Shown: one piece after another, positions 1-9,911 of the stretch
Numbering within the stretch: position 1 is the stretch's first letter
Layout of the letters: every line of letters starts with the position of its first letter
Source: an uncultured Nitrospiraceae bacterium
Lineage (GTDB): Bacteria > Nitrospirota > Nitrospiria > Nitrospirales > Nitrospiraceae
DNA length: 64,000 bases
NCBI GenBank assembly: GCA_963846575.1
Contig: CAWJWJ010000002.1
Location: 256,001 to 320,000, forward strand
Direction: 5' to 3'
Notes under the pieces: generated by a model
Database searches by the model: none
What the model saw: the letters and a program-made list of their open reading frames with translations, nothing else
What the model was told of the DNA's origin: nothing
Made by a program: the position numbers and the translations under genes

Positions 1-251
1 GGGTGCGCCAAAAGTACGGTTTTGAGGCCGTCCGCCGGTACCGGGCGATCGTTGAGAAAAAGTTCTCCCGATGCAGTCAGCGTAACCACCACCGGTACAT
101 CTTTGCGGTCTCCGGCTTCCTTCGCTTTAGCAAGATTCACGGGGATCTGGCCGGTGCTGATGAAGGTTGCAGTGGTCAGCACGATGACGAGCAACACCAA
201 CATCACATCTACCAGAGGAATGACGTTGATCTGATTGACCTCACGTTCCAT
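1..251 (-). CDS. exbD: Biopolymer transport protein ExbD (3' end runs off the window)
   Basis: Read manually: MEREVNQINVIPLVDVMLVLLVIVLTTATFI carries the ExbD TM motif with conserved Asp; start overlaps the end of exbB. Confidence 0.9.
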   Translation of the reverse strand, partial: MEREVNQINVIPLVDVMLVLLVIVLTTATFISTGQIPVNLAKAKEAGDRKDVPVVVTLTASGELFLNDRPVPADGLKTVLLAH

Positions 252-666
252 GTTGAGCCCTATACGTGGTCAGCAGTTCCGCCACTCGGCGCCGCAACAC
301 ATTGTTCATGACGACGCAGGGAATGGCGACGAGCAGGCCGACGGCGGTGGCCTTCAGGGCTAGGCTCAAGCCGATCATGATGGTATTGACCGCCATCGTG
401 CCGGAGGTCCCCATCGTGTGGAACGTCATCATAATTCCGAGCACGGTCCCCAGCAGCCCGATATAGGGGGCATTGGCGGCCACCGTGCCAATGATGACCA
501 ACCTTTTCGTCAGCGCCATTTCGAAAGTCTGCGCATCGGAAAATTGTGACGGATCCACACGTCTATAATAGAGCCACCGCTCAACGGCGACTGCGACCGA
601 CCACACGCTCAGTGCAATCAGGAGCCCGATAATTCCATATTCCACTGCATTTTTCAGCGCGTCCAT
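241..666 (-). CDS. exbB: TonB-system energizer ExbB, short type
   Basis: APYIGLLGTVLGIM and ALKATAVGLLVAIP motifs of MotA/TolQ/ExbB; GGAGG RBS before the ATG at 666. Confidence 0.9.
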   Translation of the reverse strand: MDALKNAVEYGIIGLLIALSVWSVAVAVERWLYYRRVDPSQFSDAQTFEMALTKRLVIIGTVAANAPYIGLLGTVLGIMMTFHTMGTSGTMAVNTIMIGLSLALKATAVGLLVAIPCVVMNNVLRRRVAELLTTYRAQHGT

Positions 667-776
667 TCGTCGATCCTCCACCTCTCAAGTTTTTATCTTG
701 TCGCCCGGCGGGACATTCCATTGATTTCGGCCTTATGCCGCGGACCTGCGACGGGCCTTAGCTTCCATCGGGCCGC

Positions 777-1925
777 TTACGTGTCCGGACGTGAGTCGGA
801 CGGCTGTGGAAAAAGCACCGTATGCGTGGCCACCACATGCAACGCAATGGCCGTTCCCACCTCATAAATGCTCAGGGACGACTCGCTGCTATGGATGAGT
901 TGTCCCGACTGGAGTTGAATCGTGTAAAGATTCTCGGATCCCTTGAACTGTCTCCCCAGGATGCGGGCATTCGCTCCCTTGGCAGGGGTGATGTGAATAT
1001 CATCCGGACGAATCATGACATGTACCCTGGTGCCCGTGGAGAAATTCCTGGTGTTGGGGAATTGTCCGATTTCGGTCGTAACCTGGTCACCCGTGACGAG
1101 ACCGGAGATGAAGTCCGCTTGTCCGACAAAGTCTGCCACGAATGGGGTGGTCGGCAGGTGATAAATTGCCTCAGGGGTGTCGAATTGCTCCAATCGGCCA
1201 CGGTGTAACACTGCGATCCGGTCCGCCATGGCGAAGGCTTCGTCGTGGTCATGCGTGACCAGAATCGCCGTCGTTTTTGTTTGTCGTAGCAGGGTGTGAA
1301 GATCCTGCCGCATTCGACTGGCCATGTCAGGGTCGAGGTTGCTGAATGGTTCGTCCAGCAGCAAGAGCACCGGTCGGGGGGCCAATGCACGGGCGAGTGC
1401 GACGCGTTGCTGTTGCCCCCCGGAGAGTTCGTGCGGATAACGCTGTTCGAGGCCGCGCAACCCGGTGAGCGTGAGCAGATCATCAACCACAGCCTTCTGC
1501 TGAGAACGCGACAGATGATGGAGCCCGAAGGCGATATTCTTCTCGACGCGCAAATGGGGAAATAATGCATATTCCTGGAATACCATGCCGATGTGACGCT
1601 GCTCGGTCGGAACCAGGGTGTCACTCGAAGACACCAGCTGTCCCGATAAGGCAATGCTACCGGCGACGACCCTCTCAAATCCCGCAATTGCGCGTAAGAT
1701 CGTAGTCTTGCCACATCCGGAGGGACCCAGGAGGCAGAGGATTTCTCCTTGCTGGACCGTAAAGGTAATCTCTTCGACCGCCGGTCTGGCCGGCTCGTAC
1801 GCACAGGCAACCTCCCGCAATTCAAGGACGGGTGAATGCGTGACGGTCAGGTCGTCGGCCTCCGGCGAGGGGACTGTCGTAAGACCTGGTGGTTTGCTGG
1901 GGCTCGAGTCCCTCAAGTCATTCAC
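777..1925 (-). CDS. fbpC: Fe(III) ABC transporter ATP-binding subunit
   Basis: [26 protein letters not shown]-like C-terminus; GTG start overlaps the permease stop (GTGA). Confidence 0.85.
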   Translation of the reverse strand: MNDLRDSSPSKPPGLTTVPSPEADDLTVTHSPVLELREVACAYEPARPAVEEITFTVQQGEILCLLGPSGCGKTTILRAIAGFERVVAGSIALSGQLVSSSDTLVPTEQRHIGMVFQEYALFPHLRVEKNIAFGLHHLSRSQQKAVVDDLLTLTGLRGLEQRYPHELSGGQQQRVALARALAPRPVLLLLDEPFSNLDPDMASRMRQDLHTLLRQTKTTAILVTHDHDEAFAMADRIAVLHRGRLEQFDTPEAIYHLPTTPFVADFVGQADFISGLVTGDQVTTEIGQFPNTRNFSTGTRVHVMIRPDDIHITPAKGANARILGRQFKGSENLYTIQLQSGQLIHSSESSLSIYEVGTAIALHVVATHTVLFPQPSDSRPDT

Positions 1926-3526
1926 GTGACGATCTCCCGCTCTTGCCCTCGCCAATCCCTGGCGACCAACAGAAGTAATGCCGGTAGGCTCAGGAGGACA
2001 ATCAGCAGGGCGGCAGGCGCGGCCAGTTGATAATATTCCTCGCTGGCTTCTAACCAGACTCGAATAGCCAGTGTATCAAATCCGACCGGGCGCAGTAGAA
2101 GGGTGGCTGGAAGTTCCTTCATGGTCTGTAGAAACATTAAGACCCACGCGGTGATACAGCCACTCTGGATCAGGGGAAGCGTGACACGCCGCAGAGTCTG
2201 GCGAATTGTGCAGCCCAATGTCCGTGCGACTTCCTCCACATTGGGCGTCACCTGTTGCAGGGCCGGCTCCATGGATTGGAGCCCGACCGGAATGAAATGT
2301 AGGACGTAGGCGATGAGCAATACGATGATGGAGCCGTACAGGGCTGGCACGAACTGGGTGAAGAGCACAAGGACGGCGAGAGCGGTGACCGGCCCGGGTA
2401 GCGCGTACCCCGCATAGGCGGCCTGAAGACAGGCGAGGTTAAGCCGCGATGGCCGCCGGCTGGCCAGGTAGGCTAGCGGGAGGCCGATCAGAACGGCCGC
2501 TCCGGCGGCCGAAGCCGACAAAAAAGCACTATTCCAGACAAAGCCGAAAAACCGCGCATCCAAGGCTCCCTGCGAAACGGCTGCCACACTCCACTGAATC
2601 AACATAACCGCGGGAATTCCGAAAGAGACCCCGAAGACGAGCATGACGTAGGCGGTCAGGAGCGCGGTCCCGAGGGGGCCTTCGCGACGACGGGCCGAAC
2701 TGCGGTATCGGCCGGAAGTCTGGTAAAAACGACTGCGTTGACGAAACCATCGTTCAGTCACGAGAAAAACAATGGCCATCAGGACGAGCAGGACACTGAG
2801 GATGCTGGCCGCGCTCTGATCGTACCGGCCGGTCATCTGTTGATAGACCGCATAGGTCAGCGTTTGGTAACGGAGAAGCGATACGGCTCCGAAATCCGAC
2901 ACGACATACAAAATCACGAGCGCAAGCCCTGCGGCAATGGCAGGACGAATCAGCGGCAGAGTCACGCGCCACAGTGTCTTCCAGGCCGGGACGCCGCAGG
3001 CTCGTGCCACCTCTTCGAAGGAGACATTGAGATTGACAAGGGCGCTTCGAGCCAGCAGGTAGACGAATGGAAAGGTATCGAGGGCCATGATGACCGTGAC
3101 GCCGAGGAAGCTGTTGGGAGAAATGAGCCTCGCATCAGGTCCCCAAAGGGACTGCCACCACTCTTCCACAGGGCCGCCCATGCCCATGAGATGGGCATAC
3201 ACATAGGCCAGCACATAGGTCGGCATGGCAAGGGGAAGCACGATGGCCCATTCCCAGATCCGGCGGCCGGGAAACTCATAACGAACCATGATCCAGGCCA
3301 GGGAGACGCCGAGCACGAGCGTGGTCATGGCTACGCTCGTGGCGAGGGAGAGAGTGTTCCATAACAGTTCGGGAATGCGCGTCGACAGGAGGCGGTGCCA
3401 TACCGCCGGGGCAGCGGTCAGCGCCGTGTAGATAATATAAATTGTGGGAAGAATCAGGCATCCGGCAGTGATCAGGCTGATCCACTGGAGGGGAGAGGGT
3501 AGGCTGAACCTCGTGGCGGTGACCAT
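1922..3526 (-). CDS. fbpB: Fe(III) ABC transporter permease (duplicated domain)
   Basis: 534 aa with many TM helices, two EAA loops (EEVARACG, EEVARTLG), SDFG and KELP motifs. Confidence 0.9.
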   Translation of the reverse strand: MVTATRFSLPSPLQWISLITAGCLILPTIYIIYTALTAAPAVWHRLLSTRIPELLWNTLSLATSVAMTTLVLGVSLAWIMVRYEFPGRRIWEWAIVLPLAMPTYVLAYVYAHLMGMGGPVEEWWQSLWGPDARLISPNSFLGVTVIMALDTFPFVYLLARSALVNLNVSFEEVARACGVPAWKTLWRVTLPLIRPAIAAGLALVILYVVSDFGAVSLLRYQTLTYAVYQQMTGRYDQSAASILSVLLVLMAIVFLVTERWFRQRSRFYQTSGRYRSSARRREGPLGTALLTAYVMLVFGVSFGIPAVMLIQWSVAAVSQGALDARFFGFVWNSAFLSASAAGAAVLIGLPLAYLASRRPSRLNLACLQAAYAGYALPGPVTALAVLVLFTQFVPALYGSIIVLLIAYVLHFIPVGLQSMEPALQQVTPNVEEVARTLGCTIRQTLRRVTLPLIQSGCITAWVLMFLQTMKELPATLLLRPVGFDTLAIRVWLEASEEYYQLAAPAALLIVLLSLPALLLLVARDWRGQEREIVT

Positions 3527-3544
3527 AAGTGTTACAGGATGTGT

Positions 3545-4576
3545 TCAGCGAAGGCCGACCTGCTCGATCAGGGTGAGGGTCGGCTCCCGCAATTCCGCGA
3601 GTCGAGCGAGGGGAACCAGAGCCGCGCGGAAGGAGTGTCGGTCGACGAGGGCTGGATCCGCTTTGACGTCCGGATGAAGCGGATATTCTTTGTCAAGATC
3701 CGCAAACAGTTTCTGGCCGGCTTGCGCAACCAGAAATTCAATGAGCAGTTTGGCGCTGTCGACGTGCTTGGAGGCTCGCGTCACCCCGATTCCCGATACG
3801 TTCATAATCGCTCCCATGCCGCCCTCCTGCTGATCGGGCATGATCGCTGCGATCGGTGCGGTGGGTTGTGCGGCGAGATGACGATAAATGTAGTAGTGGT
3901 TGACGATGCCTGCCGCGACCTGACCTTTGGCCACAGCCTCTACAATCTGCGAGCTTTTCTGATAGACCTGTGTGCCGGCATTGGCCTTAAGACCCTGGAG
4001 GAATTGTTTGGTGCGGTCATCTCCGACGGTCGCCTTAATGACGGACACGCCCGCTTGGAGATATTCACTGCCGGAATTGGGAATCGCAATTTTGTCTTTC
4101 CACTGCGGTTGTGCCAGGTCAAGCAACGATTTGATCTGATCGGGCTTCACGAGGGCCGTGTTGTACGCCACAATCCAGAAGCGGCCGGACAGGCCGATCC
4201 AACTATTGTCGGATGCGCGGTATTGAGAGGGAATCGCCCGTTCAACCTCCCGCATATTCATCGGCCTCAAGAGTTTGAGTTCCCGTGCCCGCTCAAGGCT
4301 GCCGGCGTCGTTCGTAAGGAAAACATCAGCGGGAGTGCGGTCACCTTCTGCCTGCAGGCGGTTGACAAGTTCGGTCGTGCCCGAGGACAGCAGTTCCACC
4401 TGGATGCCGCTTTTCGATTGGAATTCATCCAGGACGGGTTTGATGAGGCGCTCGGCTCGTCCCGAATACACGACCAGTTTGTCGGCGGCAAGCGCGGGGG
4501 ACGAGCTGGATGGAAAGAGGCTCAGGGTTCCTAGAATGACAGTCAGGACAAGAAATGTGCGGGGAGATGAAGCCAT
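3545..4576 (-). CDS. fbpA: Fe(III) ABC transporter periplasmic binding protein
   Basis: Signal peptide; VYSGR, PADVF and VNHYY (tandem Tyr iron ligands) motifs. Confidence 0.88.
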   Translation of the reverse strand: MASSPRTFLVLTVILGTLSLFPSSSSPALAADKLVVYSGRAERLIKPVLDEFQSKSGIQVELLSSGTTELVNRLQAEGDRTPADVFLTNDAGSLERARELKLLRPMNMREVERAIPSQYRASDNSWIGLSGRFWIVAYNTALVKPDQIKSLLDLAQPQWKDKIAIPNSGSEYLQAGVSVIKATVGDDRTKQFLQGLKANAGTQVYQKSSQIVEAVAKGQVAAGIVNHYYIYRHLAAQPTAPIAAIMPDQQEGGMGAIMNVSGIGVTRASKHVDSAKLLIEFLVAQAGQKLFADLDKEYPLHPDVKADPALVDRHSFRAALVPLARLAELREPTLTLIEQVGLR

Positions 4577-4626
4577 GCGGCATGCCTCCAGATCGTCGGA
4601 CAGCCCGCTGGCCGCCTTATTTGAAA

Positions 4627-4643
4627 TTGATAAGCCGTCTCAA
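4627..4643. promoter_or_regulatory. Putative Fur box upstream of fbpA
   Basis: Imperfect palindrome TTGATAAGCCGTCTCAA resembles the 7-1-7 Fur consensus; lies between fur and fbpA. Confidence 0.6.
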
Positions 4644-4669
4644 GATGATACTGGATGCGAAGCGGTTCG

Positions 4670-5101
4670 TCAATGCCGGCAACGCGAACAAAGGCCGTAC
4701 AGTTCGAGTCGATGGGTTTGTATGACAAAGCCGTTCTTGGTGGCGACCTCTTCCTGCAACCGTTCGATCTCGCAATTTTCGAACTCCACAATGGTTCCGC
4801 AGCCGGTGCAGATGAGGTGGTCGTGATGACCCTTGTGCGAGATGTTGTCGTACTGCGTCTGGGTGCCGAAATGTCGGGCTTGGGCGATTCCGGCTTCGCA
4901 GAACAGGTTTAGGGTGCGGTAGATGGTGGCCAGGCCGAGGTGGGGATCTTTCTTGGCGAGCTGATGATACATCGATTCCGCCGTGATGTGTTCCTGTCGG
5001 AGAAATGCCGTCAGGATCAGTTCCCGCTGGCGGGTCAGCTTGAGTTGATGCTTTGCCAGGTGCTGGCGAAGCACGTCCATTTCTTTAATGGTTTTAGTCA
5101 T
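4670..5101 (-). CDS. fur: Ferric uptake regulator (Fur family)
   Basis: LTRQR, GLATIYRTL, HHDHLICTGCG, C-terminal CSRC; next to iron uptake genes. Confidence 0.92.
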   Translation of the reverse strand: MTKTIKEMDVLRQHLAKHQLKLTRQRELILTAFLRQEHITAESMYHQLAKKDPHLGLATIYRTLNLFCEAGIAQARHFGTQTQYDNISHKGHHDHLICTGCGTIVEFENCEIERLQEEVATKNGFVIQTHRLELYGLCSRCRH

Positions 5102-5253
5102 GGCATGGCTCAGTATGAGCGAGGCCCATTAAAGACGAAACTGCCACGATGGGTCAAGGGGGCGAAGAAGATGGGCGCCCTGACGATTGACGAACAGAAA
5201 TGCTCCTGGCTATAGTCCTACCCGGTTGCGGAATACCGAAGGAGATCTGACAC

Positions 5254-5817
5254 GTGCGGAAACCTCATGAAATGACAATCGATAGAGCACTGCTGTTGTA
5301 CGTCTTATCGCAGGCCGAGCCCTACGGGTTGCTGAGCGATGTCAAACTCCAGCAGCTCTGTTTTCTGTGCGAACTCCAGATGTTCGGAAAGGGCGTGAAG
5401 GGGTTCCATTTTGAATTCGTTCGGTTTGCTTATGGGGCCTTCAGTCGGGATCTCGACAACGATTTGACCTCGCTTCGGCGCAAAGAGCGGGTTGAAAACT
5501 TCAGTCCCTCCGACCAGGTCCGCGATGAGGTGATTCCGCTGCTCTTGAAAGCGATCGAAGGGAATGAGACCAACGAGCAAGTGCGGGATCTTATGCAAGC
5601 GGTCATCACCACGTACGGCCCTCAGGACGTCACGGCCATTACACAATCTGTCGAATCCGTGGAATTAAGTACGCCGCAACAGCCGGACTTTAAAATACCG
5701 ATTCGCGACATTGTGTTTCACACGACGTTACTGGTTCCTGCCCGGATTGAAGTGACCACAGAATTTACGCTCCCGGCGAATTATGCCGCCAAGCTGAATC
5801 TCGGGATGGGCTACTAG
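5254..5817 (+). CDS. Panacea/DUF4065 (SocA/YwgA-like) domain protein
   Basis: LLLYVL...KLQQLCFL...FEFVRFAYGAFSRDLDNDL pattern; AAGGAG RBS and TTGACG-18-TATAGT promoter at 5187-5216. Confidence 0.6.
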   Translation: MRKPHEMTIDRALLLYVLSQAEPYGLLSDVKLQQLCFLCELQMFGKGVKGFHFEFVRFAYGAFSRDLDNDLTSLRRKERVENFSPSDQVRDEVIPLLLKAIEGNETNEQVRDLMQAVITTYGPQDVTAITQSVESVELSTPQQPDFKIPIRDIVFHTTLLVPARIEVTTEFTLPANYAAKLNLGMGY

Positions 5818-6047
5818 CGCCGAGTCAGAGCAGGAGCCTTCTCGTAGAGTGCCAGCGTTCGTGTGCGCCGCTCACTCATTTCGCATCCGGTATGTCCCCC
5901 CTCGACACACCCAGCTTCTCAAATCAGATCATGGCAGGGCCCGCTTCCACAGGCGAGCGACGAGATTCATCGGCAATCGCGCGGCGGCTCGGGTCAGGGG
6001 GGCACAGCGCCATGCGGACCTGGCAGAAGTTGGGGTCGAGATGGAGG

Positions 6048-6434
6048 TCAGCCGCGCCTGGGCAGAGCCAATGCCGCCTGAATCGTTTGAAGGATTGAGC
6101 TGGTTGCAACCGGTTCGACCAGGCAGTACTCGATCTGGAGCTCGCGAACGACCCGCTGAAACTTTTCACCCTCCCGGGCGGGATCGTGGAGGGCAGCTGT
6201 GACAATCAGACGGGCGGTTGGAAAGGTCTGCCGGAGTTCCACCAGGTCCTCCGGTCCCTGATCGTCGTCAGCCACAAGCCGTGCAATGACGAGATCCAGC
6301 TTGGAGGCCACGAGTTGACTGTGGGCTGCCTGAAGGCTGTCAGTATGGCGCACAAAATGCTCCATCCCCGGCAGCGCCAGCTTGACGAGCCGCTTCAGAT
6401 TGGGATCGGCATTGACGACGAGAATATTAGCCAT
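6048..6434 (-). CDS. Single-domain receiver-like protein (degenerate)
   Basis: CheY-like pattern ILVVNAD...DLVIARL...LVEPV lacking the phosphoacceptor Asp and conserved Lys. Confidence 0.7.
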   Translation of the reverse strand: MANILVVNADPNLKRLVKLALPGMEHFVRHTDSLQAAHSQLVASKLDLVIARLVADDDQGPEDLVELRQTFPTARLIVTAALHDPAREGEKFQRVVRELQIEYCLVEPVATSSILQTIQAALALPRRG

Positions 6435-6571
6435 AGTCAACAATGAGAGTCGAACTACATCGTGAGTGATGCTGACGCATTGTCACGGAGGCGACGCCGG
6501 CAGTTGTTCTCACCCCATCGGCCTGTCCTGATGAATCGTCTCGCTGTCACATCTACCATATACCCATAGTA

Positions 6572-7261
6572 TCAGACTAACTGGTGATCCAACGCATACC
6601 GCACCAGGTCCGCCGTTGTTCTCAATCCCAGCTTCATGAGGAGTCGCGAGCGGTACGTGCTGACCGTTTTAATGCTCAGGTTCAGTTCCTCGGCAATGTC
6701 GGTCAAGCGTCGCCCCCGTGCGATCCATTGCAGTATCTCGAATTCCCGGTCGGACAACATCGTCGGGAGGGCGTTCGTGCATGGGGTGCGCGACTTCGGC
6801 ATGCCGGATTGGAGGTCTGTGGTTGTTTCATTCTGATGATACTGTTCCCCTCGAAGCAGACGGGCGATCGCAGAGCGGAGTTCTTCGGGGCCTGCGTCTT
6901 TGGTCAGATAGCCGCGCGCGCCGGCTCGAACTACGCGGGCGGCATAGTGTTCTTCGGCGTAAATGCTCATCACGAGGACGGCTGCTGTCGGTTGGACGGA
7001 CTTCAGAATGCGAAGCATTTCCAAGCCCGGCATGTCAGGGAGGTTCAGATCAACAATCACAAGATTCCAGGCTGCGGCGTGCAGATGCCTGATGGCCTCA
7101 TGAGCCGATCCTGTTTCGACGATGCGAAGGGCTAAACCATCTTCGACGGAAAAGTCCTGGAGGAACTCCCGCAGGCCTCGACGGACCAGAGCATGATCGT
7201 CCACGATCAAAATATGGATATCCGCTTGTAAACAAGCGGTTCCTTGATCCCGTTCCATCAT
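6572..7261 (-). CDS. NarL/LuxR-family response regulator
   Basis: IVDDH, VIVDLNLP and GYLTKD receiver motifs plus LSDREFEIL...SIKTVSTYR HTH. Confidence 0.92.
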   Translation of the reverse strand: MMERDQGTACLQADIHILIVDDHALVRRGLREFLQDFSVEDGLALRIVETGSAHEAIRHLHAAAWNLVIVDLNLPDMPGLEMLRILKSVQPTAAVLVMSIYAEEHYAARVVRAGARGYLTKDAGPEELRSAIARLLRGEQYHQNETTTDLQSGMPKSRTPCTNALPTMLSDREFEILQWIARGRRLTDIAEELNLSIKTVSTYRSRLLMKLGLRTTADLVRYALDHQLV

Positions 7262-7581
7262 GAATCCTCGTTACGTCTCAGCACATCTCACGCCCGGCTT
7301 GAGCGGGGTCATGGAGACTCGACCACACGGTTGCGTCAGCGTAGCCCCTGCCTCATTGGTGCTCACGGGGAACCATGACGACCAAGTGCGACAGGTATAG
7401 CAGAAGCGTTGACGGACATCATAGAGCTGTTCGGCTCTATGATGTCCGCTGGAACAGGCCGGGTTATCGTACCAGGGTGAGCGACTGAGGCGATCCCTAG
7501 GTCAGTACGGGGGGAGAGATCGTTCGAGGAAAAGAGTTCATTGAGGGGCAGCGGAGGGCCGCCGGAGAGTGGCGGGCTGGT

Positions 7582-9114
7582 TCAGAGTCGATAGAGCAAC
7601 CGGTACTTTTCTTCAAGGTAACGCAGGAACGGCTCCGGGTCCACTCCCGATCCCGTGACGCGACGAGCCAGATGATCGGGCGTGAACATCCGTCCCCATC
7701 GATGGATTTTCTGTTCAAGCCACCGTCGGAGCGGCAGCAGATGTCCGGCCTCAATTTCTTCGTCCAACTGCGGCAGCTCCTGTTTGGCCTGCTCGAAGAA
7801 CTGTACTGAGTAAAGATTGCCCAACGTATAGGTGGGGAAGTAGCCAAATGCCCCCATCGACCAGTGGACGTCCTGAAGGACACCCTCGGCATCCTGCCCC
7901 GGCACGATGCCCAAATAGGACTGCATCTTTTCATTCCAAATGCCGGGCAAGTCCTCCGCCTGTGTCCGTCCCTCGACGAGGGCCTGCTCGATCTCGACGC
8001 GGAGCATGATGTGCAGGTTATACGTTAGCTCATCGGCTTCGACTCGGATCAATGAAGGGGCGGCGCGGTTAATCGCGGCATAGAATCGATCGAGCGGCAC
8101 GGTTGCGAGCTGTTGCGGAAATGTGTGCTGCAGGATCGGATAGAAGCAGCGCCAGAACGGCAACGACCGGCCCACGCAATTCTCCCAGAGCCGCGACTGG
8201 CTCTCATGAAAACCCAAGGACAGGGACTCACCCAGGGGTGTGCCGTAGTAGCGTGGATCCAGTCCCTGATCGTAGAGGCCATGGCCCCCCTCATGGATGC
8301 AGCTGAACAGGCACGAGGGCAGATCCTTCTCGAAGACCCGGGTCGTCACCCGGACATCGGTAGGATGAAAAGAGGTAGTGAAGGGGTGGGCGGAGAGGTC
8401 CAGCCTTCCGCGGTCGAAATCATATCCCATGGCCGTGAGGACGAGTCGTCCGAACTCGACCTGCTTGGCCTGATCGAAGCTCTGGTGCAGGCAACTGTCG
8501 TCAATGGTCACGGCACTGCCTTGGACGCGCTGCAGGAGCGGAACGAGGCGTTCGCGTAGCCGTGTCAACAGTGGCGTCAGTTGGGCAACCGTGGCTCCCG
8601 GCTCATAGGTATCCAGCAGCGCATCATACGGGGAGTGTTCATAGCCCAAATACTGAGCCTCCTCCCGTTTGAGGCCCAGCACCGTCTTGAGCGAAGGCAG
8701 GAATTTCGAAAAGCGGCTCTCTTCCCGTGCCGTCACCCAGGCCTGTTGGGCCAAGGAACACTCACGACTCAGCCGGATCACAAAGTCGGACGGCAGTTTC
8801 TTGGCTCGGTCGAAATCGCGGCTGGCTTCCCGCAACAGGGCGCGTGACGGTTCGTCCCAACTTTCGCCTTGAGATTCGGCAGCCTCTCCGGACGCGGGGT
8901 CCACCCACTGGGCGAGAAGCCGTTCGACCTCCCCCGATACGAGTTTCTGGTGGGCGAGGCCCTCCAGCGTCGCGATCTGCTCGGCGCGAGCCGCGCCGCC
9001 GCCCGCAGGCATGTAGGTTTCCTGATCCCAGGACAAGACCGACGCGGCGCTCTGGATACGCCGGATTTCCAGGAGTCGAGTCGTCAGAGGATCCAATGTC
9101 GCCAATGTCTTCAC
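7582..9114 (-). CDS. Carboxypeptidase, M32 (Taq) family
   Basis: HEGGH, HESQS, IRVEADE, QDVHW and GYFPTY motifs; GTG start with AAGGAG RBS. Confidence 0.93.
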   Translation of the reverse strand: MKTLATLDPLTTRLLEIRRIQSAASVLSWDQETYMPAGGGAARAEQIATLEGLAHQKLVSGEVERLLAQWVDPASGEAAESQGESWDEPSRALLREASRDFDRAKKLPSDFVIRLSRECSLAQQAWVTAREESRFSKFLPSLKTVLGLKREEAQYLGYEHSPYDALLDTYEPGATVAQLTPLLTRLRERLVPLLQRVQGSAVTIDDSCLHQSFDQAKQVEFGRLVLTAMGYDFDRGRLDLSAHPFTTSFHPTDVRVTTRVFEKDLPSCLFSCIHEGGHGLYDQGLDPRYYGTPLGESLSLGFHESQSRLWENCVGRSLPFWRCFYPILQHTFPQQLATVPLDRFYAAINRAAPSLIRVEADELTYNLHIMLRVEIEQALVEGRTQAEDLPGIWNEKMQSYLGIVPGQDAEGVLQDVHWSMGAFGYFPTYTLGNLYSVQFFEQAKQELPQLDEEIEAGHLLPLRRWLEQKIHRWGRMFTPDHLARRVTGSGVDPEPFLRYLEEKYRLLYRL

Positions 9115-9198
9115 CTTCGCGCTCCTTCTTCCAGGATGACGTGATATGATCCTGCGGCCGAGGCGATTGTCGCACAACTCTCTGACGGAGCGAAACCC

Positions 9199-9876
9199 AT
9201 GACCGAGCTCGTGCTGCCGAAGATCGACGCCTATGCCGCTGCCCATTCTCTGCCGGAATCACCGGTTCGCCGCGCGCTTCGAGAAGAAACGGAACGGACG
9301 ATGGAGTATGCCCGCATGCTGGTCGGCCCGCTGGAGGGAGCGTTTTTGCATGTAATGACCCGTCTCGCGCGGGCTACCCGAGTGCTCGAAATCGGGATGT
9401 TCACGGGGTATAGCGCGCTCTGTTTTGCCGAAGCACTGCCCGACCGGGGACGTGTGACGACCTGCGAGGTGGACGAGGAGTCGGCGGCCGTGGCCCGTCG
9501 TTTTTTCGATCAGTCACCCCATGGTCACAAGATCGAGATTTGCATGGGCCCCGCCCTGGATACGATGGCCGGACTGCAGGAGCCCTTCGATCTGATCTTT
9601 ATCGATGCCGACAAAGTCAACTATCTCAATTACTACCGGCGTGCGTTGGAGCTACTGTCGCCTCGCGGTGTGATGCTCATCGACAATGTGTTATGGGATG
9701 GAGAAGTCCTGCACGATCCCCCACCGGACGACCGTACCGCGGCCATTCAGGAGCTCAATCGAGTCGTCACCGCCGATCCACGCGTGACCGCCGTGCTGGC
9801 GACGATTCGAGATGGCATTTGGGTGATCACCCCCTCTCCGTCGTTCCAGACTGCGGACCCACCGGCAGCGTCATGA
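9199..9876 (+). CDS. O-methyltransferase (caffeoyl-CoA/COMT-like family)
   Basis: VLEIGMFTGYS, FDLIFIDADK and DNVLW motifs. Confidence 0.9.
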   Translation: MTELVLPKIDAYAAAHSLPESPVRRALREETERTMEYARMLVGPLEGAFLHVMTRLARATRVLEIGMFTGYSALCFAEALPDRGRVTTCEVDEESAAVARRFFDQSPHGHKIEICMGPALDTMAGLQEPFDLIFIDADKVNYLNYYRRALELLSPRGVMLIDNVLWDGEVLHDPPPDDRTAAIQELNRVVTADPRVTAVLATIRDGIWVITPSPSFQTADPPAAS

Positions 9877-9911
9877 GAAGTTTCATCACATTCAGGTGAG
9901 GGATCGTGCCC

